Positions 1 to 12,589 of a DNA stretch of 64,000 bases are shown here, in pieces. The DNA is taken from NCBI GenBank assembly GCA_951406725.2, contig OX597840.1, positions 27,094,001 through 27,158,000 of the forward strand, in the 5' to 3' direction. Each line of letters begins with the position of its first letter. Position 1 is the stretch's first letter. The notes beneath the pieces are model-generated. The model saw nothing but the letters and a program-made list of their open reading frames with translations, did not search any database and was not told where the DNA came from. The DNA comes from Octopus vulgaris (Eukaryota). Position numbers and translations under genes: made by a program.

Positions 1-9
1 TATTTATGT

Positions 10-49
<40 letters not shown>

Positions 50-120
50 AAAAATATATATGTATATATATATATATATGTATTGATAAAAGATGGGTTT
101 TTTCTTATATTTTATATATA

Positions 121-205
121 TATTATATTGTGTAGAATTTGATTTAGTATTTCTAAATTGAATTCTTTTTCCTTCTAAGTTTGGATTTTATTCCCTCAAA
201 TAATA
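121..205. repeat. Dispersed repeat fragment, inverted relative of 808-890
   Basis: The reverse complement (…gagggaataaaatccaaacttagaaggaaaaagaattcaatttag…aaatcaaattctacacaatata) aligns with 808-890 (agggagtataacttcaaacttacaggggaaaattcaatttagtattaaatcaaatttcacaatata). Both copies sit beside (TA)n. Confidence 0.5.
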
Positions 206-740
206 ATTATATATACATATATATATATACATATATTTATATATATATTCTTTCCCTCTCTCTCTTTCTTTCTCTTTTTCTCTTCCTCTCTCCCTCTCTC
301 TCTCTTTCTCAAGTCAACAGCCGTATATCCTAATACCTAACTCTCTAAGTGCTCAACAATATCCGTTTTCCGCTCATTTTCACTCAGAAACGATTTTAAA
401 GCTGTTCGATAAATGGCAAGGAATATCTAAAACCACCTTCACAAAGATTCTTCGAGCACTGTGTGATTGTGTGCTTGTGTATGTCAGTATGTACATATAA
501 GCATATATATATATATATATACATACATATATGGACATATTACGGAGATGTACTTGCATAGCAAGTTACCTTACCTGAGCTCGTGTGCTGGAATGAAAAC
601 AATTGCAGTAAGGAAGGTGTTTATAAGCCATTTAAAACACACAAAAACCGTTAGATTTACTTTTAAATTTAATTTGCCAAAATATATTCGTCGCTTTGAG
701 ACCGCGACCTGTTCACTGACAAAATTATATATATATTTAA

Positions 741-801
<61 letters not shown>

Positions 802-1158
802 AATGATAATATTAGGGAGTATAACTTCAAACTTACAGGGGAAAATTCAATTTAGTATTAAATCAAATTTCACAATATAAATATATAATATATATAAATT
901 ACAGAAAACCACTATTATGTAATTCAAACAATGATAGATATAAACCAAATCATAATACTTATTACTTATTATATATTGATCATTCATTTTTATACTTTTT
1001 ATGATCTAGTTATATGTTTTAATAAAATATTTTATTTTTTATTGTATATAGGTGTGTTTTTATCTTTATTCGTGTGGTAATGAGCAAAAACAAGGGGATT
1101 AAACGAAAGAGTTTTTAGACTAACGTTTTAGAGACGGGGAAAAAGTCTGAAACGTTTC

Positions 1159-1959
1159 GGATGATAGTCCTTCGTGGAAAAAAGGAAGGAAAGGTAAGAG
1201 GGAGACCAAATTAGAGAAGACGGTGGAATAAGTATTGAACGCGGGGTTTTTTTTTCTGGTGGAATTTTTCTAGAATGTAACGCGGTTCTATGAGGAGTTA
1301 GAAATGGTAAAAGAAGTGGATGGTGTGTATCGGAAAATATCCGTGTATTAAGGTGGCGAGCTGGCAGAATCGTTAGCACGCCGGGCGAAATGCTTAGCGG
1401 TATTTCGTCTGCCGTTATGTTCTGAGTTCAAATTCCGCCGAGGTCGACTTTGCCTTTCATCCTTTCGGGGTCGATTAAATAAGTACCAGTTACGTACTGG
1501 GGTCGATATAATCGACTTAATCCGTCTGTTTGTCCTTGTTTGTCCTCTCTGTGTTTAGCCCCTTGTGGGTAGTAAAGAAATAGGCATTTCGTCTGCCATT
1601 ACGTTCTGAGTTCAAATTCCGCCTAGGTCGACTTTGCCTTTCATCCTTTCGGGGTCGATAAATTAAGTACCAGTTACGCACTGGGGGTCGATATAATCGA
1701 CTTAATCCGTTTGTCTGTCCTTGTTTGTCCTCTCTGTGTTTAGCCCCTCGTGGGTAGTAAAGAAGTAGGATGATAATCTTTCATGGAAAAAAAGGAAAGA
1801 AATATAAGAGGGAGAAAAAATTAGGGAAGACAATGAGAAAAGTATTGAACTCGGGTTTTTTTTTTTCTAGTGGAATTTTTCCAGCATGGAACGCGGTTCT
1901 ATGAGGTGTTAGAAATGGAAAAAGAAGTGGATGGTGTGTATCGGAAGATATCCGTGTAT
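1159..1959 (+). repeat. ~190-bp diverged direct repeat (1159-1348 and 1768-1959) bracketing a family A SINE
   Basis: Both copies run ggatgata…aagtattgaac…gtggaatttt…aacgcggttctatgagg…gaagtggatggtgtgtatcggaa.atatccgtgtat. Confidence 0.8.
1349..1767 (+). mobile_element. tRNA-derived SINE family A, head + 2 tandem units
   Basis: Head ggtggcgagctggcagaatcgttagcacg (A-box-like), B-box gagttcaaattcc, body gcctttcatcctttcggggtcgat…aagtaccag, tail agccccttgtgggtagtaaagaaata. The family recurs many times in the window. Confidence 0.9.
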
Positions 1960-2045
1960 GAAGACATAAACACACTCACACAAACACACAGACACACATA
2001 CACAGGTACACACATACACACACATACATACATAAATACATACAC

Positions 2046-2465
2046 ATACCTATTTCTTTCCTACCCAAAAGGGGCTAAACACAGTGAGGACAAACAAGGG
2101 CAGACAAACGGATTAAGTCGATTACATCGACCCCAGTGCGTCACTGATACTTATTTAATCGACCCCGAAAGGATGAAAGGCAAAGTCGACCTCGGCGGAA
2201 TTTGAACTCAGAACGTAAAGACAAACGAAATACCTATTTCTTTACTACCCACAAGGGGCTAAACAGAGAGAGGACAAACAAGGACAGGCAAACGGATTAA
2301 GTCGATTATATCGACCACAGTGCGTAACTGGTACTTATTTAATCGACCCCGAAAGGATGAAAGGCAAAGTCGACCTCGGCGGAATTTGAACTCAGAACGT
2401 AGCAGACGAAATACTGCTAAGCATTTCGCCCGGCGCGCTAATGTTTCTGACAGATCGCCGCCTTA
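2046..2465 (-). mobile_element. SINE family A, head + 2 units (inverted partner of 1349-1767)
   Basis: Reverse complement of the family A consensus (…gaccccgaaaggatgaaaggcaaagtcgacctcggcggaatttgaactcagaacg…). Confidence 0.9.
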
Positions 2466-2518
2466 TACACATACCATTACGTATACACACATACATACAC
2501 ATACCATTACGTATACTT

Positions 2519-3193
2519 ATGGAAGCACTCCGTCGGTTATGACGACGAGGGTTCCGGTTGATCCGAATCAACGGAACAGCCTGCTCGTGAAATTAACGTG
2601 TAAGTGGCTGAGCACTCCACAGACACGTGTAACCCTTAACGTAGTTCTCGGGAATATTCAGCGTGACACAGAGAGTGACAAGGCCAGCCCTTTGAAATGG
2701 AAGCACTCCGTCGGTTACGACGATGAGGGTTCCGGTTGATCCGAATCAACGGAACAGCCTGCTCGTGAAATTAACGTGTAAGTGGCTGAGCACTCCACAG
2801 ACACGTGTAACCCTTAACGTAGTTCTCGGGAATATTCAGCGTGACACAGAGTGTGACAAGGCCGGCCCTTTGAAATACAGGTACAACACAAACAGGAAGT
2901 AAGAGTGAGAGAAAGTTGTGGTGAAAGAGTACAGCAGGGATCACCACCATCCCTGCCGGAGCCTCGTGGAGCCCGGCCCCTTGAAATACAGTTACAACAG
3001 AAACAGGAAGAAAGAGTGAGAGAAAGTTGTGGTGAAAGAGTACAGCAGGGATCACCACCATCCCTGCCGGAGCCTCGTGGAGCTTTTACGTGTTTTCGCT
3101 CAATAAACACTCACAACGCCCGGTCTGGAAATCGAAACCGCGATCCTATGACCGCGAGTCCGCTGCCCTAACCACTGGGCCATTGCGCCTCCA
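2519..3193 (-). mobile_element. tRNA-derived SINE family C with two internal tandem duplications (~178 bp and ~111 bp)
   Basis: The minus strand starts ggaggcgcaatggcccagtggttagggcagcggactcgcggtc…ggtttcgatttcc (A and B boxes). It matches the single copy at 36842-37233. ggaagcactccgtcggtta occurs at 2521 and 2699, and the gccggccc…tgaaatacag block occurs at 2861 and ~2972. Confidence 0.88.
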
Positions 3194-3430
3194 CACATAT
3201 ATACATACATACATACATACATACATACATACACATACCAACACGTATACACGCACATATCTTTTGTATGTAAGGTTGGATGATAAAGGAATGTTTATGT
3301 TGCGACTCGGGTTTCATGTCACTGAAGATCGACACGAGATGCGAGATAAACAGTAAGATTCAATGAACAATATGCACAAGAAGAAGAATTAAATAAGCAA
3401 TTCTCATTCGTTCGATACAGTCCACCATTC

Positions 3431-3462
<32 letters not shown>

Positions 3463-3527
3463 GTGATTGTGTGTGTGTGATTGTGAGTGTGTGTGTGTGT
3501 GTGAGTGTGTGTGTGTGTGTGATTGTG

Positions 3528-3597
<70 letters not shown>

Positions 3598-3607
3598 TGT
3601 GTGTGTG
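3431..3607. repeat. (TG)n microsatellite
   Basis: Direct reading. Confidence 0.95.
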
Positions 3608-3854
3608 ACTGAATAAGTATCCACTAACACAAACGCTAATAAAATTGGCCAGGAAACATGATATACGGAAGCTAATTGAGAAAATAGTTTCTTGAAGTAG
3701 GAGCAGTTGTGGTTTTGGATAATTAAGAAACTTGCTTTCAGACCATTGTGGTCTTGGGTTCGATTCTACCGTGCGCCACCTTGGTCAGATATCTTCCACT
3801 ATAGCCCCAGGGTGGCCAGAAATACAACTGGAAATATGAGTATGTGTATATTGT

Positions 3855-3948
3855 TATAAATATTTAGCAGAAGTAACAGAGTGACTCAAGGTCTGAGAGT
3901 TTCGTGTTGGACCATGTGTCACTTTGTTGCTTTTACTAAACATTAATA
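3855..3948 (-). mobile_element. Small fold-back element with the 3' half of a hammerhead (Penelope pLTR-like remnant)
   Basis: Inverted arms ttagcagaagtaacagagtgac / gtcactttgttgcttttactaa. The minus strand reads GAAACTC-tcagacctt-GAGTC|actc. Confidence 0.45.
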
Positions 3949-3988
3949 TATATATATATGTTTGTATGTATGTATGTATGTATGTATG

Positions 3989-4103
<115 letters not shown>

Positions 4104-4214
4104 GTATCTATCTATCTATGTATGTATCTATGTATGTATATAGATGTGTATGTATGTATGTATGTATAAATATATATATATATATTTGCGATGGAATTTT
4201 TCTCAGTTTCCCGG

Positions 4215-4317
4215 CCACACGATACCGGGTTCAGTCCCACTGCGTGGCACTTTGGGCAAGTGTCTTCTACTACAGCCTGGATTTGGTAGACGGAAACTAA
4301 AAGAAGCCCTTCGTATA

Positions 4318-4353
<36 letters not shown>

Positions 4354-4548
4354 TGTATGTGTATTTGTTTGTGCATTTCTGTTTTTCCCTCCAGCATCGC
4401 TTGACAACAGATGCTGGTGTGTTTACGTCGCCGTAACTTAGCGGTTCGGCAAAAGAGACCGATAGGATAAGTACTAGGCTTACAAAGAATAAATCCTGGG
4501 TACGATTTGCTCGACTAAAAAGCGGTGCTCCAGCATGGCCACGGTCAG
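4215..4548 (+). mobile_element. SINE family B (5'-truncated) with internal microsatellite
   Basis: ccgggttcagtcccactgcgtggcac.ttgggcaagtgtcttct…(TATG)n…gatgctggtgtgtttacgtc…ggcggtgctccagcatggcc. Confidence 0.85.
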
Positions 4549-4611
4549 TAAAATATATGCTTATAGAAGCATACATATGTGTGTGTTTGTGTGTGTGTAC
4601 GTATGTACATA

Positions 4612-5019
4612 TTACTCTTTACTCTTTTACTTGTTTCAGTCATTTGACTGCGGCCATGCTGGAGCACCGCCTTTAATCGAGAAACTCGACCCCGGGACTT
4701 ATTTTTTTGTAAGCCCAGTACTTATTCTATCGGTCTCTTTTGCCGAACCCCTAAGTAACGGGGACATAAACACACCAGCATCGATTGTCAAGCAATGCTA
4801 GGGGGACAAACACAGACACACAAACACACACACATACATATATATATATACATATATACGACAGGCTTCTTTCTGTTTCCGTCTACCAAATCCACTCACA
4901 AGGCTTTGGTCGGCCCGAGGCTATAGTAGAAAACACTTGCCCAAGGTGCCACGCAGTGGGACTGAACCCGGAACCATGTGGTTGGTAAACAAGCTACTTA
5001 CCACACAGCCACTCCTGCA
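4612..5019 (-). mobile_element. SINE family B, full length, tail-to-tail with 4215-4548
   Basis: Reverse complement of the family B consensus, from the (ctctttta)n tail to the head cacacagccactcctgc. Confidence 0.9.
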
Positions 5020-5049
5020 CCTTCAGTTATATATATGCATGCAAACATA

Positions 5050-5663
5050 CATGTGTCTGTGTGCATGTGTGTGTGTCTGTGTGCATGTGTGTGTGTCTGT
5101 GTGCATGTGTGTGTGTCTGTGTGCATGTGTGTGTGTCTGTGTGCATGTGTGTGTGTCTGTGTGCATGTGTGTGTGTCTGTGTGCATGTGTGTGTGTCTGT
5201 GTGCATGTGTGTGTGTCTGTGTGCATGTGTGTGTGTCTGTGTGCATGTGTGTGTGTCTGTGTGCATGTGTGTGTGTCTGTGTGCATGTGTGTGTGTCTGT
5301 GTACATGTGTGTGTGTCTGTGTACATGTGTGTGTGTCTGTGTGCATGTGTGTGTGTCTGTGTGCATGTGTGTGTGTCTGTGTGCATGTGTGTGTGTCTGT
5401 GTGCATGTGTGTGTGTCTGTGTGCATGTGTGTGTGTCTGTGTGCATGTGTGTGTGTCTGTGTGCATGTGTGTGTGTCTGTGTGCATGTGTGTGTGTCTGT
5501 GTGCATGTGTGTGTGTCTGTGTGCATGTGTGTGTGTCTGTGTACATGTGTGTGTGTCTGTGTGCATGTGTGTGTGTCTGTGTGCATGTGTGTGTGTCTGT
5601 GTGCATGTGTGTGTGTCTGTGTGCATGTGTGTGTGTCTGTGTGCATGTGTGTGTGTCTGTGTG
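5050..5663. repeat. 20-bp minisatellite (GTGTCTGTGTGCATGTGTGT)n, about 30 copies
   Basis: Near-perfect 20-bp periodicity with a few G>A variants (gtacat). Confidence 0.97.
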
Positions 5664-6049
5664 TCCTCCGATAGCGGCTGAACAATTAGAGCCTGCTCAT
5701 GTCGCTACATGTTAGGCCAAAGAGGCGATCACCTACGCCACTGAAACATGCAAACACTTCATAAATTTTCAACAACTTAAATAAAATTCCTGAATCTAAT
5801 TAGAAATGCGAGATGTCAAAAATTAAGAGAGCGGGAGAGGTCACGGCTGGAAGAGAGAAAGATGGATGACAGGTTTAGAATAAGGTGAGAAAAGTGAGAA
5901 AGTGGTTTTGACACTTTATTCTGGCGTGAAGCATTTCAAATCTTACCAGATAATAGATTAGCTGAGTTATATGCATGGAATAAATCTGTTATCTTGGGCG
6001 CAAGTTAATTACAGTTTTTCTGCTGTGTTTTTCAGCTGGTGTTAAAAGG

Positions 6050-6690
6050 GGTTGGGATATTAGCTGGAGGAACTTGTTGAAAAACAATTATTAAAGGAAT
6101 GCAAATTGTACAACTGGGGAAAAAAGAGGTGAAAATGTAGGGTTTTAGAAGTATGGTGTTCACTGTATTGTTAGGAAAAATAGGCGCATATTGTAGAACT
6201 GGAGAAAGTGGGGCGGATATTGTATGGCTGGAAAAAAGGGGCGCATAGTGTACGGTTAGTAATGTACGTTCGTTGTAGGGCTTGGAGGAGCTCATATTGC
6301 AGGGCTAGAAGAAGGAACATTTGTAGGGCTAAGAGAAAGAGGGATACACTGTAACGCTGGGAGAAGTGATAGCATATTGTAAAGTAGGGAAACGAGGACA
6401 CACAGATTTTATGGCCTAAAAGTGAGGTGACACTGTAGAACTAGGAAAAGGGGACGCATATCGTAGAACTGGGGAGAGGAATAGGGTATATACTGTATGG
6501 CAAGAAGAAAGGGGCATATATTGTACGGTTAGTGTTGTGTGTTCATTGCAGGGTTAGAAGATGGGGCGTGCATTTGAAGGGCTGAGTGAAAGGGGCACAT
6601 GTTTTAGCGCTGGGATAAGTGAGCGCGTATTGTAAGGTAAGGAAAAGAGGGCACACACGAGTTGGAAAAGGGTGCACATATTCTATGGCC
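6050..6690. repeat. Degenerate ~30-bp minisatellite with a ~270-bp higher-order duplication
   Basis: Recurrent motif catattgtag..ctggg.aaaggggg. Block 6161-6406 aligns with 6431-6660 (…tgtacggttagt…gaggacacaca / gagggcacaca). Confidence 0.65.
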
Positions 6691-6822
6691 TTGCATTTGA
6701 ATACTAAGCAAATATTTAATTGCTTTCCATACTTACAGTTGAATAAGTTTTTTATGACTGAAACCGGTACGGAAATGTTTTTTATGAAATTATTTTAGCA
6801 TTTTCTACCTTGACTTTTTTCC

Positions 6823-6827
6823 ATATA

Positions 6828-6863
<36 letters not shown>

Positions 6864-7146
6864 TGTATGTATGTATGTATGTATGTATGTCATGCATGCA
6901 TGCATGTATGTATGTATGTATGTATGTATGCATACATACATGTATGTATGCATGTATGTATGTATGTATGTATGTATGCATGCATGCATGCATGTATGTA
7001 TGTATGCATGTATGTATGTATGTATTTATGTTTGTATGTATGTATATATGTATGTATGTATGTATATATGTATGTATGCATGCATGCATGTATGTATGCA
7101 TGTATGTATGTATGCATGCATGTATGCATTTATGCATGCATGCATG

Positions 7147-7180
<34 letters not shown>

Positions 7181-7260
7181 TGTATGTATGCATGTATGTA
7201 TATCATGCATGTATGTATGTGTGTATGTATGTGTGTATGTATGTATATATGTATGTATGT
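6823..7260. repeat. (TATG)n/(CATG)n compound microsatellite
   Basis: Direct reading. Confidence 0.95.
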
Positions 7261-7530
7261 ATGGCTTAGTGGTTAAGGTGTTGCACTCACGATTGCGAGA
7301 AGGCGAGTTCGATTCCAAGACCGGGCGCTGCGCTGTGTTCTTGAGCAAAGCACTTCATTTCACATTGCTCTGCGATCATTTCGACGTCTGACATGCGGCA
7401 ACCCAGTCGCACCTGTACAGGTAATGTCGACCTGATGGACGGAATGAGCTTATGTCTACACAAACATTTGATTACTATAAACAAACCATCTGTGTGGTTG
7501 TTCGGCAAGAAATTGGCAAACCATCATAGG
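7261..7530 (+). mobile_element. tRNA-derived SINE with CORE-like domain and a distinct tail
   Basis: A-box tggcttagtggtt, B-box gagttcgattcc, then gctgtgttcttgagcaaagcacttcatttcac, a domain also seen on the minus strand at 36700-36740. Confidence 0.75.
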
Positions 7531-7652
7531 TCCTCTATGTGTGTGTGTGCGTCTGTGTATATGTGTAAGAATATATATATAAATACATATGTATACACAT
7601 ATGTATATACACTTTATATAGATAGATAAACACAAAGTATACATACACACAC

Positions 7653-7740
<88 letters not shown>

Positions 7741-7960
7741 CATGTATGTATATATATACACTCTCCAGCTTACATGCACATATTGTCCATGCAATTGGCA
7801 TCATTATACAACGTGTCGACTTAATTGAAATCTATACACTCCTGTATTGCTGCCAGCTATATACTGTAACTACCTAATTGGCATTTTTATACACTGCGTT
7901 GACATCCATACACTATGTACACTGTGCAAGCAACAAAGCATACATACGTAAATACATACA

Positions 7961-8024
<64 letters not shown>

Positions 8025-8097
8025 ACATATATATATATACATTCATATATATGAATATATACATATACATTTATATATATGTATATAAATACATTTA

Positions 8098-8218
<121 letters not shown>

Positions 8219-8624
8219 GAGAGAGTGGGAGAAAGAGAGATGAATATATGTGTACTATATATATACATATATATGTATATATATGTATATATATATATAT
8301 ATATATACATATGTATATAAATATATACATATATAAACACGTATATACACGAATATATGCATGGATGTGTGTGCATACACACACACACATATGCGTATAA
8401 ATATGCAGATAGACACGAGAGATGTGTTTATCTAATTGAGCTAGGCGGATATACCCATTGAAGTGAACTGGAAGCAAAGCGATAAGATAGGTTCTGTTAT
8501 CTGTTTGGTTGACAGTCATATCAGAATATATTACGTGTGAGCGGAGAATAATGTTTAACCTCGCAAATATTGATTTTTCTTGGGCACCGTTCCATATTTG
8601 ACACATGTTATCAGTTTATACATG

Positions 8625-8792
8625 TCTATCTATCTATCTATTATTCTAGCTGCCTGCCTATCACTGTATATATCTATGTGTCTGTGTATCTCGTTTCTGT
8701 CTATCTATCAATCTATCTATTTCGCTATCTTTCTTTCTTTGTATCTATCTATCTATCTATATGTCTATCAATTTGTCGAACGATCTGTCTAA

Positions 8793-8856
<64 letters not shown>

Positions 8857-8875
8857 GTCTCTCGATATATCTATG

Positions 8876-8917
<42 letters not shown>

Positions 8918-8957
8918 CATCTATCTATTTATCTATCTATCTATGTCTATCTATCTG

Positions 8958-9006
<49 letters not shown>

Positions 9007-9191
9007 TTATCTATCTATTTATCTATCTATCTACCTATCTATTTATCTATCTATCTATATATATATATATATTGATAAATAAATGGATACCTACCTATCT
9101 ATGTCTATTTATTTGTCTGTCTATCTATTTATCTATCTTACTATCTATCTACCTACTTACCTACCAACCTACCTACCTCTCTCTATTTATC

Positions 9192-9242
<51 letters not shown>

Positions 9243-9360
9243 CTATCTATGTCTCTATTTATCTACCTATTTACCTATTTGTCTATGTATCACTCTATGT
9301 ATCTATCTATCCATCCATCTCTCTATCTGTCTTCAATCTGTCTGTATATCTGTCTTGCTA
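8625..9360. repeat. (TATC)n compound microsatellite
   Basis: Direct reading. Confidence 0.9.
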
Positions 9361-9598
9361 TCTCTCTATTTTATTTTATTTATTATTGCATTTCTGTATT
9401 ACTCTGTCTGTCTGTCTTTCTGTTTATCCTTCTCTCCACCAATCTCTCTCTCTCTCTCCCTTCCTTCTCCCTCTCTCTCTCTCCTTATATATGTATATAT
9501 ATATATATACGTATAATGGACATCATATATATATAAAAATATATATGCATTAGGTACCTATTTGTTATGCATGCAGTGTTGTGTCTGCGTATGTATCT

Positions 9599-9659
<61 letters not shown>

Positions 9660-10103
9660 TGTGTGTGTGCGTACATCGTAAGTGTGCATGATGTTTTTCT
9701 ACATATAAAATGGCAGATGGGGAGAAGTGAAAGAAGTGTCATGTCATGGATTGCTTCGGGCATTGAAGAATACATAGTAAGTCCGTGAGTTATACAACGG
9801 TACTTCGACAGTGCATCGGCCAAATTCTTCACATCTGCAACTGTACACTTGTCGCCAAGGGTTAGATATACAACCACCCAAATTAAGATCATCAGGGTGG
9901 AAAATTTGTCGAAAAAGAAATTGTTCCCTGAAGATAGATTATATGCTCTTCCCATTTTGCCTCTTCGCAACACGAACCTGTGACTGCAGATTTGGACCGT
10001 TCTCATGAAAGTTTAGACAAAACACGTTTACAAAAATTTTTAGAATGGCCAGAAAGTCACTATATATTTGTAAAGCTTTGTTGAAAGTGGTATTGCTATT
10101 GGG

Positions 10104-10449
10104 AAGGCGTCGAGTTGGCGAATCGTTAGCACGCTGGGCGAAATACTTAGCGGTATTTCGTCAGTCGTTACGGTCTGATTTCAAATTCCGCCGAGGTCGA
10201 CTTTGCCTTTCATCCTTTCGGGCTCGATGAATTAAGTACCAGTGACGCACTGGGGTCGATATAATCGACTTAATTCCTGTGACTGTCCTTGTTTGTCCCG
10301 TCTGTGTTTAGCCCCTTGTAGGCAATAAAGAAATAGGTATTTCGTCTGCCGTTACGTTGTGAGTTCAAATTCCGCCGAGGTCGACTTTGCCTTTCATCCT
10401 TTCGGGGTCGATAAATTAAGTACCAGTTACGCACTGGGGTCGATGTAAT
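10104..10449 (+). mobile_element. SINE family A, head + 1 full unit + truncated second unit
   Basis: Family A consensus with the junction aataaagaaata|ggtatttcgtctg at about 10336. Confidence 0.88.
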
Positions 10450-10484
10450 AAACCACGCACCTTCATATATATATGTGTGTGTGG

Positions 10485-10531
<47 letters not shown>

Positions 10532-10545
10532 CATACATACATACA

Positions 10546-10579
<34 letters not shown>

Positions 10580-10701
10580 CTATGTATGTATTTATGTTTA
10601 TATATTTATATATATATATATATCTTATATATATATATATATATATACATACATTTATATATATATATGTATATATATATATCTACATATATATATAAAT
10701 G

Positions 10702-10803
<102 letters not shown>

Positions 10804-11050
10804 CACTCGTGTTTGAAAAGGTTAAAAGAAACCGCTCATAATCTAGAAAAAAGACTTCTTCCCCAAAAAGGTTAATAACATCCTGATAAAAGATTTTATG
10901 ATATTTTTTTTCAAATAATTCTTTTTTAAAATCATCTTTACACTTCAAAATTTTATTAAGTAAGTCTCATAGACTTTCAAATACATACCGTTGCTGTTAT
11001 GTTGCTATTATTTGCCTTTCATCCGTTGGGGGTCGATAAAATAAGTACCA
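10804..11050 (+). repeat. Left arm of a local inverted duplication (partner 12590-12905)
   Basis: cactcgtgtttgaaaaggttaaaagaaaccgctca… and ctttacacttcaaaa…gtctcatagactttcaaatacata… recur as reverse complements at 12810-12905 and 12590-12703. Confidence 0.85.
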
Positions 11051-11124
11051 GGTAGTCGACTGCCCCCCTTCCCCCAAGATTTCAGGCCTTGTGCCATTTA
11101 AAAGAAAGTATTATTATTGTTACT

Positions 11125-11330
11125 GAGTCGGCAAGCTGGCAGAATCGCTAGCACGCCGGGCGAAATGGTTTACGGTACTTCGTGCGTCGTTACGTTCTGA
11201 GTTCAAATTCTGCCGAGGTCAACTTTGCCTTTCATCCTTTCGGAGTCGATAAATTAAGTGCCAGTTACGCACTGGGGTCGATGTGATTCCCTGTTCACCC
11301 TCCTCAAAATGTCAGGCTTTATACTTGTCT
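11125..11330 (+). mobile_element. SINE family A with type-2 tail (…aaaatgtcaggc…(TTA)n)
   Basis: Family A head and body followed by the alternative tail. Confidence 0.8.
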
Positions 11331-11357
11331 TATTATTATTATTATTATCATTATTAT

Positions 11358-11793
11358 TCTATGTTTGACTTTTGCTTTATATTTATACAAGTTGGCTCCA
11401 AGTCTCACCCAGAGACCTCAAGAAACAACAGGTTGGAAGTTCGTGTTGTTGTTATGCCTAGTGTGCCATATATTTGGTTTTGTACTTAGTGTTGTACTAG
11501 TTAATGTCTATAAAAAAAAACGAAAATTATGTTTGTTTTAAAACTTGAGATTACATAGAAAGTATTTTGCGTAGGATATGAGCAGTTCCCACGAGCACTA
11601 TCTTTTGAATTTCTGCCATTTTGGGGTTTCCTGGTATCCGAGTTAGGTAGCGATCAACCCCTTTCGCTATCATTCCCAGGTATTGCTGTAGTCTTCAGGT
11701 TCAACATTTTGCTGATTTCTATTTCCAGATCTTTATATTTGCTCAGTTTTTGTTAGGTCTTGACAAATATGTTTATATCGATTGGGACAGTCA
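11358..11793 (-). pseudogene. 3' end of an R4/Dong-like non-LTR retrotransposon (end of restriction-like endonuclease domain + 3' UTR), flanked by (TAA)n
   Basis: The minus strand translates MTVPIDINIFVKT*QKLSKYKDLEIEISKMLNLKTTAIP/GMIAKGVDRYLTRIPGNPKMAEIQKIVLVGTAHILRKILSM*. The K..KY.DL and IQK…GTA.ILRK.L motifs are typical of R4-clade C-termini. It carries a stop and a frameshift. Confidence 0.85.
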
Positions 11794-11844
<51 letters not shown>

Positions 11845-12208
11845 CGTTATTATTAAGATTGTTCGTGCACGTATTAAGGCGGCGAATTGGAAGAACTTTT
11901 GGTGCGACGAACAAAAATGCTCCGCAGGAATTCTTGCAGCCCAAGATCGACTTTGCTTTTCATCCCTTAGAATTCGTTGAAACAAGTACCAGTTGAGCAC
12001 TGGGGTCGAATGAAATCGACTTATCCCCTTTCACTAGAAATGCTGGCCTTGTGCTAAAACTTCTTTGTACTATTGTGCCGAAATTTGAAGCATATGTACA
12101 CTCACGCATACACACACACACACACACACGCACGCATGCACACACACGCGCATGCACACACACACACACACACTTGCGCACGCACATGCACAGACACGCC
12201 CACGCGCG

Positions 12209-12247
<39 letters not shown>

Positions 12248-12589
12248 TGGTATTCCTGAACTTGCGATCATTCAAATTAAGATGTCGTGATTTTACGAGA
12301 CATTTCCGATAGCGATGACGTACAAACGATAACATTGACACGTGGGGTTCACATGTGGTCACGTGGGGTGTCAGTATTCGCTTTGCATGCTTTCTTATCT
12401 CATTTTTATCGCTTCGTGACTTTCGTTTGCAGTCAACATTTTCTTTGGTGAGTTTGTATGCGAAGGCGTCTCCGGATATTTGCGTGTTTTGTGCATTAAC
12501 CCGAAATATTGGCTTCAAATTTTGGCACAAGGCCAGCAGCTTTTGCGAGGAAGAGGATAAGTCGATTCCATCGACCTCAGTGTTGCACG

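Noticed and set aside
541-725. TA-flanked repeat with possible ribozyme-like end
   Set aside because: No CUGANGA box on either strand, so it is left unclassified.
2320-2739. Recurrent ORFs such as MRNWYL..RPRKDERQSRPRRNLNS and [19 protein letters not shown]
   Set aside because: They are antisense readings of SINE A and B and recur only because the SINEs recur.
4937-5715. Long overlapping ORFs (CV/HT-rich, 200-245 aa)
   Set aside because: They are translations of the 20-bp minisatellite, open in all frames, with no protein signal.
9720-10020. Possible decayed RT or exon sequence (also 16380-16660, 17080-17410 and 28200-28480)
   Set aside because: The sequence is complex but no motif could be read with confidence; it needs BLASTx.
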